Assembly: GCF_006345805.1 (NCBI RefSeq)
Contig: NC_043005.1
Span: 80,600,001 to 80,664,000, forward strand
DNA length: 64,000 bases
Source of the DNA: Octopus sinensis
Taxonomy: Eukaryota
Direction: 5' to 3'
The position numbers were made by a program, and so were the translations under genes. Of this stretch, positions 1 to 13,501 are shown piece after piece (position 1 is the first letter of the stretch; each line of letters begins with the position of its first letter). The notes below the pieces were generated by a model that saw nothing but the letters and a program-made list of their open reading frames with translations, did no database searches and was not told the origin of the DNA.

Positions 1-180
1 CGTTATGCACTGCCATGTTATGTAGTATTATTACAGCAATTTTTTCTCTTGCTTTTTCCTGGCTCTGTTGATAATAATCAGTGATGCTACCCTTTATAAA
101 ACTCCAGAGGATTTTAGTAATGAAGAGGATAGCCAGCTGCTAGACTGTACCAGCGCGAACAGAAGGGAGTTGCGCTTGTT

Positions 181-185
181 TGTTA

Positions 186-246
<61 letters not shown>

Positions 247-283
247 GTTGTTGTATATTGTATTATTATTATTATTATTATTA

Positions 284-318
<35 letters not shown>

Positions 319-380
319 TATCATCATTATTATCATCATCATTATTATTTATTATTATTATATTATTATTATTATTATTA

Positions 381-413
<33 letters not shown>
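181..413. repeat. (ATT)n microsatellite; representative of dozens of (TA), (CA), (GATA), (CATA), (ATT), (AGT) and (CAT) tracts in the window
   Basis: Direct inspection. Confidence 0.95.
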
Positions 414-415
<2 letters not shown>

Positions 416-700
416 GGCGGCGAGCTGGCAGAAGCGTTAGCACGCCGGGCGAAATAGCGATATTTCGTCTGCCGCTACGTTCTGTGTTCAAATTCCGCCG
501 AGGTCGACTTTGCCTTTCATCCTTTCGGGGTCGATTAAATAAGTACCAGTTACGCACTGGGGTCGATATAATCGACTTAATCCGTTTGTCTGTCCTTGTT
601 TTTCTTCTCTGTGTTTAACCCCTTGTGGGTAGTAAAAATAGGAATAGATATTTCGTCCGTCTTTACGTTCTAAGTTCAAATTCCGCCGAGGTCGATGTTG
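414..700 (+). mobile_element. tRNA-derived SINE family A (AAGGCGGCGAGCTGGCAG... head)
   Basis: A-box-like TGGCAGAAGCGTTAG and B-box-like GTTCAAATTCC; central GCCTTTCATCCTTTCGGGGTCGAT domain; more than 20 copies in the window. Confidence 0.9.
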
Positions 701-929
701 CCGCCTCGGTAGGAGTCGGTGGATTTTTCCGATGAATAAACATCAGTGGAGTTGAGTAGTTGCATGATTACACAGACAACTGATTGTCTACGTAAAATCA
801 TTATGTCAATACTTGTACATATTTGAGCTGAAACATGATTTTAAGAAGTCAATCTGAAAAACTTTCAGAAAAATTGAAATTTAACATTAAATATTTGGAA
901 GGTTTCAACAGTAAAAAAAAACTATTTTC

Positions 930-1225
930 TCATTTGAAGCCTGGGGGATGGTAGTCTAGCGTTAGTGCCGGATTAAACGTAGGCCGTGCAGGTGGGCATC
1001 AAGCCTAAGCTCCGGATTAAATATGTCAGCAATGCTAGTGGGCTTCAAGACCAGTTACTGCAAGAGCCTGGGTGTCAGGTGACCACAGCGTTTTAATAAT
1101 ATCCCAAAGAGCCTCAGGGCTCAAAGTCAATATAAGTATCTTCAAATCAAAACTGCATCTCTTCCTGTCGGGATGAACTTACCTCGCGTCAAGAGGTGAA
1201 ATGAGGATAGCGACATTAAACTGCC
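930..1225 (+). mobile_element. Older fragment of the same CR1-type family as 59352-59960
   Basis: ttcaagaccagttactgcaagagcctggg...aatatcccaaagagcctcagg aligns with 59660-59735. Confidence 0.65.
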
Positions 1226-1458
1226 TTTGTTTTCAAATTTCATACTTGATATATGTAAAGAATATGAGAGGTTTAGATCACCGGTTTAGAAACGCTAAGG
1301 TTTAGATGTTTAGATACGCTACGAGCTATAATTGGTCATCCGTTATGTTCCAAGTACACAGCTGAGACTGAAACTAAGAATATGTAGTAGTCTTCGGAGT
1401 TAGCATAGACATATTAAAAGAAAAAGGACTGAGTTGGTTTTTGCTGTCCTTTCCCCCC

Positions 1459-1553
<95 letters not shown>

Positions 1554-1570
1554 ATATACATGTATATATA

Positions 1571-2407
1571 CGAGGGTGAGTCAAAAAATAATGCCATTTT
1601 GTTTAGGACAGGTATAATTACCAGCACAGGAACATGTATCATACATCAAAGTGAAGCTGGTCTTCTGTTGATCACATCCCTACTTCTCAACATGGTCACT
1701 GTTTCTCTCAATAGCAATGTTCTACTTTCGAATGAGAACATTTATCCCTGTCACTTCTTCACAACAGTTTTCACTTCCTCGTCACTGGAATAATATTGCC
1801 TCTTAAACCCTCTTTCATGGGGCCGAAGAGATGACCATGTCAGTCTTGCGTTCAGTAGTCTCTCGGTACCCAACGGGCACAGACAATTTTTGAAAAGCCA
1901 AGCGATTCGAAAATGCTGTAAACACCTTCCATGTCTCACTTCAAGGTTTTCTGCCAACTCATCAAGAGTTATGCGTCTGTCTTCTCTGGTCAGAGCATCT
2001 GCTTTTGCTTTATTGGCAGGATTCACAGAAGTGGACGGACGGCCAGAATGGGGTTTATCGGGTACACTCACAGTTCTCACCTTTTCGTCTTTCAGACGAC
2101 CGATTGACCTCCATACATTGCTATGATCTAAAGTATTATCTTCAAAGACATTTTGTAATCGTCGGTGAATGCTCACAGGGGTTTCCTCCTAAGCAACAAG
2201 AAAGTCAATCACTGATCTTTGTTTTTGACGTAACTCTAAGGAGGCAGCCATTTTAAAATTTTCCTTACCAGTCTAAAAACCTGAAAAGTAAGAGACAAAA
2301 TATTTCAGAACGTATATGATATAATCATTTATAACTGGGAAAAGTTTTAGTTATTTTTATCAAAACTTCACATGAAATAAATGGTATTACTTTTTGACTC
2401 ACCCTCG
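1571..2407 (-). mobile_element. Mariner-like deletion derivative with both TIRs and TA target duplications
   Basis: TIRs CGAGGGTGAGTCAAAAAATAATGCCATTT / AAATGGTATTACTTTTTGACTCACCCTCG flanked by TA. ORF 1751-2176 joins the N-terminal HTH region (SGRPSTS...DRRITLDELA) to the C-terminus (YSSDEEVK); the catalytic core is missing. Confidence 0.9.
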
Positions 2408-3781
2408 TATATATATTTGGTCGGCCTGAGGCTATAGTATTTGCGCAAGATATCATGCAGTTGGACTGAACCCGAATTATGTGCCTGGGATGCATGCCTC
2501 TTATCGCACACCCAAGCCTATGCCCTCGTTCTCAGTTCTATTTAACTGAGGCTAACTTACGGCCAAAACCACAAATTAACAATAACCATAAAAGCCACGA
2601 CCTAAAATGGCAGCAACATCATTTTAAGAATTCGATCTTAGAAACCGTCGCAAATACTGAAATTCAAATATTTGGAAGGATACGACGGTAAAAATTATTC
2701 GGTCGTAATATTCTTTTTTTTTTTTGTTCTTTCAGTAAGATTATAATTAGGGTAAAATAATTAGAATTTTCCTTTTTATTTTCTATGAACTAAAAACAAA
2801 ATTGATGAAAAAATTCTGACACACACAGTTCATTTTTGTGTTTTATTTAGAACTGTTTAATTTTGTTTTCATTTGAATACACCTGCAAAAAAGTTAATGA
2901 GAGAGAGCACACTGAATCCTCTATACGCATACACACACTCACACACACATACACATATATATATTTGTATGTCTGCACACACACACACATACACACACGT
3001 GTGTGTGTGTGACTGTGCGTATATATGTGTGTATGAGAGTAGGTGGGTGTAGTAGAGTGAACGCATTCATAAACAGACGAACGTGAAATGATTAAATCAT
3101 AAGAATCGAAGCGTTTGTTCTTGTAGTTGAGATTTTGTTGTTATCAAAATAATTCAAAAACAACACGAAACAATTACAATAACAGTAATATTAATAATAA
3201 ACAAACAGTGACAGAAGAATAAAAAAAATACATATATATTATTGAGGTGATGATAGAAAGGTCAAACTGCAAAATTATAATGAAAATGAAGCAACTATGA
3301 GAAAGAGCAAATACAATCTTTGAAGATATTAGAAGAGTGGGGAAAAAAGGAATATTTGAATAGAGAATATAGAATCATTGTAGAAATGCACAAATGGTAT
3401 TTCTCGTCTGTCTAATTAAATGCAAGTTTATAATGAGAATTAGTAAACAACAAGAGAGCAACAGGGGGGATAGGGGTGAAAAGAGAGAGAGAAAAAAATA
3501 AGGAAATGAAAGTAAGTTAGAGGCTAATGAATGCAATTAATAATGTACTCCACATAGACATACACACATACACATATACAAATGCACTCGTATAGACATA
3601 TATACACGCTTAGGTACGTAGATGCACCAACTCTATAATTACTGAATATAGATGCATACACATACGTGCACCTTGTGGCTGGTGTATTACAGTCATTGTG
3701 TGCGCTTTTGTGAGTGAGTGTGGTTTTGTGCGTTTGTGCGAATGCGTGTGTGTATAATAAATGTATATATTATATATAATA

Positions 3782-3833
<52 letters not shown>

Positions 3834-3889
3834 CACATATGTTATACATATCTCTCCCTCTCTGATATATATATATATATATATATATA

Positions 3890-3920
<31 letters not shown>

Positions 3921-3950
3921 TAGATAGAAGATAGATAGGATAGATAGATG

Positions 3951-3981
<31 letters not shown>

Positions 3982-4749
3982 TGATAGATATCATAAAAGG
4001 CATGGAAAATTGTTGCAATAAGATGTGATCACACAACTTCTGAATATAGACTTGGACTTTTTACTTTTTTTACCTTGTATCCTTACTGACTCTATGATGA
4101 AGTTTTGGAGTTCGATGCTTGTATGAGATGTCAACTTTGGCATACTGGACATCCAAAGCAGAAATAGCTGTAAGAGTGGAGTCGTATTTGTTTATTTATT
4201 TATTCTTATGATTATAGTAAATAAATCTTATTGTTGTTTGTCAGTTGAATCTCTTCCCCATGTTTTCTTTGCCTTATACAAATTCTGGATAAACTTTTGC
4301 TTACCTCCACTAATACCTATTATTCAACTATACTATTGCCGCGAAAGAGTAAGCATTTGGATATAAATAGATATCCTTCCAGTAGTATATTTATTATCTC
4401 TTAGATGATTGTCTAAACTCTAACTCATATATACTTATATATATATATATATATATATATTAGCATATCAGGTGCAACGAGATGTTATTGTACACCACTG
4501 GTCATAATGTTCTTTCTAATTCTGCCATGACTGTCCCATTCTTTTCCATTCCTGACCAAAATCGTCTTTCCTTCGTCTATATATATACAAAGGGGTAACA
4601 GTAACCGGAAACGATCTCTGTAGAACAAACCCGTTGTAGTTCAGGCTTCTGCCGCAAGAAGCCCCTTGATGCGACCCTCAGACAACAGTCTGCCGACCGG
4701 CGTCACCCGTCGGGGTCGTATTACCAGGTTGTGCCTTTTTGTTTTACTT

Positions 4750-5494
4750 TGCTAGACCCCTGTTCGTCGATTTTTACGAAGGCCGAAACGAAGGAATAGT
4801 GTGCTTCTGTGAAATTCTGTTTTCTGCTGGGGTCAAACGGTGGCAGAAACAGTTGCTATGCTTTAAACAGCTTACAAGGACGCTGTGATGTGCAAAACAG
4901 AACGTTACGTGCGATTGCCACGCTTTAGGAATGGTCATTTGTCGCTTGAAGACCAACCTCGTTTAGGACGACCGTCGACTTCCAGAACGATTGAAAACAT
5001 CATGAAAATTCATGAATTGACCTTGGAGAACCGAGCAATCGACGAATTTGTTGATATGATTGGCGTGTCCTGCAACTCCTGCCAACGAATTTTGAGCGAG
5101 AAATTACGAATGAAAATAGTTGCAGCAAAATTTGTGCCTCGCTTGCTCATAGAAGATCAAAAGCGGTCACGAGTGAATGTATGGCGTCAACTGATAGAAT
5201 AATTGGATGATGATCCGGACTTATTGTCGAAGAGCAACACACGTGACGAATGCTGGTGCTACGGAATTTGTAGGTGTGGGGAAAGATAAAGAAAAAGACG
5301 GCGTAGGCGTTAAAAGGCATCACATCGCAAGAGTTCTAGGACTGCCTCAAACAGTGGAAAACGCGTCTGGAACGATGCATTGTTTCAAATGGAGAATACT
5401 TTGAAAGCGATAAAAGTGTAAACATGTAAAAGTGTAAAATTGCGAAATAGTGTAATATTGCGGAATAGCCATTTTGGGGTGGGATAATCCCTCG
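4750..5494 (+). mobile_element. Decayed mariner transposon fragment
   Basis: ORF 4885-5202: LEDQPRLGRPSTSRT...MKIVAAKFVPRLLIEDQK (WVPRxL-type motif); ends in a TIR-like ...ccctcg|TA. Confidence 0.8.
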
Positions 5495-5995
5495 TATATA
5501 CCTACCTATATTTTTTTAATATTTCGCTTGATCATTGCGATTCTAAATACCTGATGCTAGAACTCAATATATTGAAATTCGTGACATCATTAGTTATTTG
5601 GTGTATCATCCCAAATTCCTTGCATATTACATACATACGTACATACATATGGGATTAACCAATCATAGCTATTTTTTTATTTTTAGAGAGATATACCTTA
5701 AAAATTATCAAGTCTGCCGTATGGAACATCGGTGCCTGTCTCCATCTTCGATTAAAATACAGTCTTGATAATTGTAAATGGATTTCGCTTTTTGCATGAA
5801 ATCAATGGTAGCTTTGAACTATGAATGATGAATACTTATCCATTAATGCGGAGTTGACCCTCATTTTCATTGTTCGCTATCAACACACACACATATATAT
5901 GGTTGTATGTATGCACATATGTGTGTATACTTATATAGATGTGTGTGTGCATGTGTGTGTGTGCATGTGTGTATATATATATATGTGTGTGTGCA

Positions 5996-6029
<34 letters not shown>

Positions 6030-6149
6030 AGCATATACAAAGAAAGACGATTTGACTTAGTACTGAGTTTGGCTGAGCTGGAAACAGAGAGCAAAAGGAA
6101 TTCCGTCTCTACCGAGAATATTCTATTTGCTTTACGGTTTTCCACGGAG

Positions 6150-6470
6150 AGAGTGAAAGCACCAGACTTATTCGGCTAACGGTCGCAATGTCGTGAGTTC
6201 GATTCGTGGTGGTACACTCTGTCCTTGAGCAAGACACTTTATTTTCACGTTACTCCTGTACACTCAGCTGCCAAAAATGAGTAGGACCTGTATTTTGACG
6301 GCCAGGCTTGTCATATCCGATGTGTCACGCTAAATCTCCCGGAGAACTACGTTAAGGGTATGCTTGTTTGTGGAGTACTCAGCCGTTGGGAAGTTAAATT
6401 CACGTGCAGACACCTCCGTTATTTGGTACAAATCGAACCCTCGTCGCTGTAACCGACGGAGGGCCAGTTT
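6150..6470 (+). mobile_element. Third SINE family (C); related copies at about 6490-6700 (+), 39460-39700 (+), 47215-47580 (-) and 50655-50800 (-)
   Basis: B-box-like gagttcgattc, ccttgagcaagacacttta, cactcagctg..aaaatgagta, and the shared 3' block gtcacgctgaatctc.c.gagaactacg...ccgacggag. Confidence 0.6.
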
Positions 6471-6986
6471 TGTCTTTATCTACTAGGATAAAACTGTGAA
6501 GACTCCTGACTTAGTTGTTCGGGTGTTGGACTCATAATTGTAGGACTGGGTTTCGATTCCTGGACCGGGTGATACGTTCTGTTCTTCAGCAAGAGACTTC
6601 GTTTCACGTTGGTCCAGTCCACTCAGCTGGCAAAAAAGACTAATCCTACGACTGACAGGTGTCTCATCCAGGGAGAAAATATATACACAGGCCATGGAAT
6701 CTGGCGCTATGAGTTTATGCTTTCTTAAGATAAACCCGTCCAGGTAACATGAGAAATATACCTTTAATTCTATCCATAAAAATATATATTCTACACATGA
6801 ATTAATTACTCTTGTGAATGGAACAGGGATATTTGAACATAAGCTAGGGCTTGATCAACATTGGTTGGGTCAATTAGGCTGAGGATGTATGATGATCAAA
6901 GAACAAAAAAATCTGATAAGTCAAGGATTTGTCACTGCCGTAAGCCGAAGCGCATCAAAGGGTGATATATGGAACATAATTTTTTA

Positions 6987-7049
<63 letters not shown>

Positions 7050-7071
7050 ATGTATATATATATATTATATA

Positions 7072-7103
<32 letters not shown>

Positions 7104-7163
7104 CAATCTATCCATTTTATCTATAGTTAGATAGAAAGGTAGATACATGGATAGATACATGAA

Positions 7164-7196
<33 letters not shown>

Positions 7197-7750
7197 TTTC
7201 GCCATGATAGATCGCTAGCCACTACACATTTTTTTTTATTTTCTCTCCTTGTTTCTTTCTGTGTTCCTTTCTGTGGAAGAGCATTGGCTCGAAATGTTAA
7301 CTACATTTTCAATTCTCGAGCGTTAAATTAATGCATCTGTTTGTTGTCTACACCACTTGTCTTCGACTTTTATTCCTTTTGTGAATCCCATCACCCAATA
7401 TATATATATTCTTATATTCTTTTGTTTTACTAGTTTCAGGCATTTGAGTGCGCCCATGCTGGAGTAGTACTTTAGTCGCACAAATCGACACTTGGATTAA
7501 TTTTTTGGAAACCTTCTATTTATTCTATTGTAAACACACCAACATTGACGGCGTGGGACAAACACAGACACACACGCATAAATATATACATACATATAAA
7601 CACGTTGCTACTTCTTTTAGTTTTTATCTGCACAAGCCTTTGGTCGGCCCGACGCTATAATAGAAGACACTTCCTCAGGGTGATACGCAGTGGGTCTGAA
7701 CCCGGAACCATGTCGTTGGTAAGGAAGCTACTTATCACACCGCCACTTCT

Positions 7751-7798
<48 letters not shown>

Positions 7799-8894
7799 AT
7801 GGAGCGATGTATGTATATGTGTGAGTATTTGTGTACGGATAAATATACATATATATACACACACATATGTATGTATATATATATATATGTGTGCATATAT
7901 ATCTGTATATATATATATATGTTTGTATATATATGTATATATGTATATGTGTATATATATATATATACACACACACATATATATCGTTTCATATAGTGAG
8001 ATACAATGTAAATGCCGATAAGTATGTGTGTGAATGCGAGTGTGTATGTTACTATGTATGTCATTAGCTGTCGTATGATTTTTTCTTTCTCATAACGAAA
8101 AAAAAATGTATTTTTTAATAGAATCTGTACAAAACTGGCAAATAAAAAAGCGACAATGTAGAAAAAAAACAATAACATCAACCACAGCATGAAGAACAAC
8201 ACTATAATGAACGTCAACAACAAAAATAACATCGTTTATAAGTGAAAGGTAAATTACAAGTTACATATTTTTTACACAAAACCTGGCAATTAATTATGTG
8301 TCCCCAAACGATAGAATCCCACTGATATCCTCGATGCATCTGCCAAAATCTTATAACATCTCCAACACCCCCACCTCTCCATATATCACCAGCGCCTCCG
8401 CCACCACTCACATTAAGAGCATGATGATGATGATGATGATGATGATGATGCAGCTGGTGCTGAAGATGGTAATGAAGATGATGATGTTGATGATGATGAT
8501 GATCATCATCATCATCATTATCATCATTATTGTCCTCATCATGTTCATCGTCATCGTTATCGTTGCAGACATCTTTATCATACCATTACCCTCATCGTCG
8601 TCGTCGTCGACGCCCCTACTTCTCTACTTCCCCCTCCGCCTTCCCCGCCTGCTCCGCTTCGTCTTCATCATCCAGCTCCCCCTCCTCGTCCTCCTCGCTT
8701 TCCTAAACATTATCATCATGATCGTCGTCTCTGATAGCATCGTAGTCGCCGCTGCCGTCACCGTCGTCATAGTCGTCGTCGTCGTCATCAGCGCTGTATT
8801 CATAGTCATTGTCAAGGAAACAAGAAAAAGGCTCTTGACGTAAATAAGTATTTCAATTTTTTGCCACAAGCGCAGTTTGAGGGAGGAGGAGATG

Positions 8895-9560
8895 AGTAGA
8901 TTAGATCGACCCCCCCCCCAGTGCTCAACTGGTAATTATTTTATCAATTCTGAAAGGTTGAAAGGAAAACCGACCTCGGCGGAATTTGAACTCATTTTAA
9001 ATTGATATTTTCTACTCAAGGCACACGGCCCGAAATATTGTGGTAGTGGCCAGTCGATTAGATCGACCGCAGTACGAAACTAGTATTTAATTTATGGACC
9101 CAGAAAGGATAAAAGGGCAAAGTCTACCTCGGCGGAATTTGAACTCAGGGCGTAGCGGCAGACAAAATACCGCTAAGCGTTTCGGCCAGCGTGCTAACGA
9201 TTCTTTTCTAGTCTAGGAAATTTTGGGCGATGAGGCTAGTCAATTAGATCGACACCAGTATGCAACATGTACTTTATTTAACGGCTCTGAAAGGATGAAA
9301 GGCAAAGTCGACCTCGGCGGAATTCGAACTGAGAACGTAACGGCAGACGAAATACCTATTTCTTTACTAGCCACAAGGGGCTACGCACAGAGGAGACAAA
9401 CAAGGACGGCCAAACTGATTAAGTCGATTATATCGACCCCAGTGCGTAACTGTTACTTATTTAATCGACCCCGAAAGGATGAAAGGCAAAATCGACTTCG
9501 GTGGAATTTGAACTCAGAACGTAAGGGCAGACGAAATACCGCTAAGCATTTCGCCGGGCT
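8895..9560 (-). mobile_element. SINE-A tandem cluster (several units)
   Basis: Repeated gaaaggatgaaaggcaaagtcgacctcggcggaatttgaactcag units. Confidence 0.85.
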
Positions 9561-9698
9561 AAAGATTCTGCAAACTCACCGCCTTTGTTGATGTAACTAA
9601 TGATTTCAAGTTTTGGCAAAAGAGCAACAAGTTCAGAAGAGATGGTAAGTTGATTACATCGAACGAAGTGTTCAACAGATATTTATTTTATCGAGCTG

Positions 9699-9918
9699 AA
9701 GGCGGCGAGCTGGCAGAAACGTTAGCACGCCGGGCGAAATGCTTAGCGGTATTTCGTCTGCGTTACGTTGTGAGTTCAAATTCCGCCGAGGTCGACTTTG
9801 CCTTTCATCCTTTTGGGGTCAATAAATTACGTACCAGTTGCGTACTGGGGTCGATCTAATCGACTGGCCCCTTCCTCATAAAAATTCGGGCCTTGTGCCT
9901 AGAGTAGAAAAGAATATT
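9699..9918 (+). mobile_element. SINE-A with alternative 3' tail (...ccttgtgcctagagtagaaaagaat)
   Basis: Same head and centre as family A; its different tail is shared with 62148-62366. Confidence 0.85.
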
Positions 9919-10179
9919 ATAAATGTGTGTGTTAAATAAAATGAGACAACAACTCTAAGGTACTGTGAAATTTCTAGAACATTATATAAAGAGAAAGCTG
10001 TTTCACGGATATAAAAGATATACCACCATCAGAGACGATATGTGAGATTTAGATAGAACGAAATAGTCGAAGTTATCTTGGAAAGAGGGAGATGTAGGAA
10101 TATAAAAGGTAAAACATTTCAAAAATATTTTATCAGTGACCAGCATACCAAAAGACCTCATAAGGTGAAAATTACAAGC

Positions 10180-10300
10180 AATTATAAATAAGGGCAAAGG
10201 AAAAAAAATTTTCTCTGCCAATATTCTGAAAAACAGACTTTAGACTTTTTCTCGGAATATTGGTAAAGAATTTTTTTTTCTTTTGCCCTTATTTATAATT
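10180..10300. repeat. AT-rich inverted repeat, about 55-bp arms
   Basis: aattataaataagggcaaagg...gccaatattctgaaaaa / tttttctcggaatattggt...ttttgcccttatttataatt. Confidence 0.75.
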
Positions 10301-10479
10301 TTATAGATATAGTTCACTGTTCTATTGTAGGTAGGAAATCAACAGGAAAATTATTTCATCCTTGAGAGATAAATATCTCTTAATGACCGATTTTTGCGTC
10401 TCCAATAAATTTTAACCATGTTTCCATAGCAAGGAACTATTAGTAGCTCTTGTTATACTACTGCGTACATTAAATTTTG

Positions 10480-10820
10480 TGGGAGGGGCCAGTCGATTAG
10501 ATCGACCCCTGTACACAACTGGAACTTAATTCATCGATCCCGGAAGGATGAAAGGTAAAGACGACCTCGGTGGAATTTGAACTCAGAACGTAGTGGCAGA
10601 CGAAATACCTATTTCTTTACTACCCACAAGGGGCTAAACACAGAGAGGACAAACAAGGACAGACAAACGGATTAAGTCGATTATATCGACCCCAGTGCGT
10701 AACTGGTAACTTATTTTATCAACCCCGAAATGATGAAAGGCAAAGTCGACCTCGGCTGAATTTGAACTCAGAACGTAATGGCAAACGAAATACCGCTAAG
10801 CATTTCTGCCACCTCGCTAC
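10480..10820 (-). mobile_element. SINE-A, two units
   Basis: Sequence match to family A. Confidence 0.85.
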
Positions 10821-12072
10821 CTTCGGACAAGCGAAAGAATGTGATATTCAACACATTTCGTAGGAGTGTATTTATAAATAAAGCCAACACATAATAAACA
10901 AAAACAGTCGCAATGTTTAAGAAATGAATAGGAAACATTAATACAGAAAGGAAACAGAGAATGAAAAGTTAAATATTTTAATGAAATATTGTAATAAGGA
11001 ACGAAAGACAAGGTTTGAGAAATACAGACTGAAGGGAAAATGGATGATAAAAATACGAATGAGAAGATGAAGATAAGATATAGATGCAAATCTTCACGCA
11101 ATTGTAATACCAGGCAATTTAATAATAATGAAAGTGTCTTTTAATGTAATGGAGAGTCTCAAAGAATTCCTAAATATCATTGAATATAATATTGAATAAG
11201 TCAACAATGGAGAGAACGGAATCTCCAACGAAACTGAGATAAAGACAATTTAAACGGCTTACATTGGTAAGAAATATCTGTCACAACAGCTTGATATTAT
11301 GGATTACAAACGAATCTTAAGAATAGAATACAATGACTGTGTATGAATGCTGAGATATACCAACAAAAAAATGTGACCATATTAATACAGCTATGAAGGA
11401 GATGGCTTGTTCGTGATCATACGACCAACTACAAATATCAGCAAATATCCTACGAAGCTGTACAATACTACCTTAAATAAAATAAAGGATATGTTCGATG
11501 TTGTTATATACTGCCATCGAAAACTACGAAATATCTAAAGCCGGCACGCTTTGCCCAGCGATAACTTATTAAGCAATAACGTTACAGGGCAAACATTCTG
11601 GCTAAAAAGATGCATAGAGAGATCCTTGAAATGGTATTTGGCAGCCTATGAGACCACAAATAGCACTAAGTTCATTATTTGAAGTCATGAAGAATGTCTG
11701 TTAGAAATAAATTTAAGAAATATTATATGGCTTTTATTTTCTTCCGACTGTAAAGCATTTACTTTGCTGATGTTTAGATCCATACAACCAAGATTAAAGA
11801 AGCCCATGTTTTAGAGGTCCGCTTATAAAATCCATGATGATCATCCGATTTTACTTTCAGACAAAGTATCTAGTAGTGTTATCTAAATTGTTGTTTTCCT
11901 ATGTGTGTGAAAGGAAATTCAGTGAATTTTTCTTGAAGTTTTAGCAACCATATAAGAGATCCTTGTTTGCCTCGCAACAATTTGATACAGCCCAAAGGTT
12001 CGATATATTGATTCTGCAAACCAACACACAAAGCCCAAAGATAGATAATAATATATTAATAAAGATAAAGGT

Positions 12073-12690
12073 TGTGAGCTGGCAGAACCGATAGCACACC
12101 GGGCGAAATGCTTAGTGGTATTTCATCTGCCGCTACGTTCTGAGTTCAAATTCCGCCGAGGTCGACCTTGCCTTTAATCTTTTCGGAGTCGATTAAATAA
12201 GTACCAGTTATGCACTGGAGTCAATATAATCGACCAAATCCATTTGTCTGTCCGTGTTTGTCCTCTCTGTGCTTAGACCTATGTGGGTAGTAAAGAAATA
12301 GGTATTTCGCCTTCCGTTTCGTTCTGAGTTCAAATTCCGGCGAGGTCGACTTTGCCTTTCATCCTTTCGGGGTCGATTAAATAAGTACCAGTTACGCACT
12401 GCGGTCCATATAATCGACTTAATCCCTTTGTCTGTCCTTGTTTGTCCCCTCTGTGTGTAGCCCCTTGTGGGCAGTAAAGAAATAAGAATCGTTAGCACGC
12501 CGGACAATATGCTTGGCGATATTTCGTCCTTCTTTCTGTTCTGAATTCAAATTCCGCCAAGCTCGACTTTACCTTTCATTCTTTCGGGGTCGATAAAAAA
12601 GTACCAGTTGAGCACTGAGATTGATGTAATCAGCTTACCACTCCCACGAAATTGCTGGCCTTGGGCCAAAATTTGAATGCATATATTAGT
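12073..12690 (+). mobile_element. SINE-A tandem array
   Basis: Unit restarts at gtatttc at 12118 and 12302 (184-bp period). Confidence 0.85.
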
Positions 12691-13311
12691 AAAGCCAGTT
12701 GACACAATAAGCCCATAGCTGGATGTTATTTCTGTTGCTTTATTAAGCACAGAGTGACGTAAAGTAAATTTGAAACCTGCGCAATCTTAGCTCAGGACAT
12801 AAAGTAGACAAATGATTATTCGTGTATATTCGTACTCATATGTAGTCGGACGTAAAAAAAGATAATACTCACCACCAAGGTAGGACTATGGCCCCTCAGT
12901 TCAGAAGTTCCCTTCAGATTGTTTCTTAGGCAGATCCACCATTCATCTTTGCCTTGTTAGACCTGTCACCATATTACTTCACTATCTTCGCTATCTTACA
13001 CATAGTTGCTAAGAGACTGGGGCAATGTGGAATGAAGTGTCTTGTTGAAGCGTGCAACGCATTGCTCGGTTCAGGAATGAAACTACATTCTTCCTATCGT
13101 GATTGCAACACCTTTATAAGTAGGCCACATTCCTTCAACTACATTAAGTTGCAGATAGTAAATGGAGTTTTAAGGAAATACAAAGGTGGTTTTTCGAGAC
13201 CCTCCGCGGGAAGACGTGATTTGTTGGAATATGCCATCGTGTTAGATGTAGCGATGGTCAGTTCTGAAATAATGAAAGTGTGTGTGTGTGTGTGTGTGTG
13301 GTGTGTGTAAG

Positions 13312-13349
<38 letters not shown>

Positions 13350-13501
13350 AAAGAGGGGGAGAGAGAGGAGAGAGGAGAAAGAGAAAGAATGGAAGAGAGA
13401 AATGGAGATTGCTGTATATTTATGGTTGTCTATCGACTTCGAAATTATAAAGAGGCAAATGTTTGAACTCAGAGATCACAGTGCTTGATAGTCATATATA
13501 C

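Noticed and set aside
68-440. ORFs 68-415 and 180-440, and the short unique segment 1-178
   Set aside because: Mostly (ATT)n translation. The unique part gives no recognisable motif or convincing splice pair, and a faint LHNM (Harbinger-like) reading on the minus strand is too weak.
7255-7300. Other hammerhead-like motifs (7255-7300, 16905-16945, 61225-61250)
   Set aside because: Core nucleotides or stems are missing or altered; too degenerate to call from single copies.
7545-8843. Long I/Y/C/V/H/T-rich and poly-M/I ORFs here and throughout (e.g. 34782-35144, 41349-41732, 45904-46470, 48871-49287, 58800-59350)
   Set aside because: Translations of (TA), (CA), (TATG) and (GAT) microsatellites that lack stop codons by composition.
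10180-10300. Pre-miRNA interpretation of the AT-rich hairpin
   Set aside because: Long A/U runs and no recognisable mature miRNA; more likely a repeat-internal palindrome.
11240-11720. Possible decayed GIY-YIG/Penelope coding relic
   Set aside because: Only vague similarity (AYIG-like start) with many stops; cannot be supported without a search.
13100-13263. Strong minus-strand acceptor (ctttcattatttcag) opening LTIATSNTMAYSNKSRLPAEG
   Set aside because: No good donor before the stop and no homology recognised.
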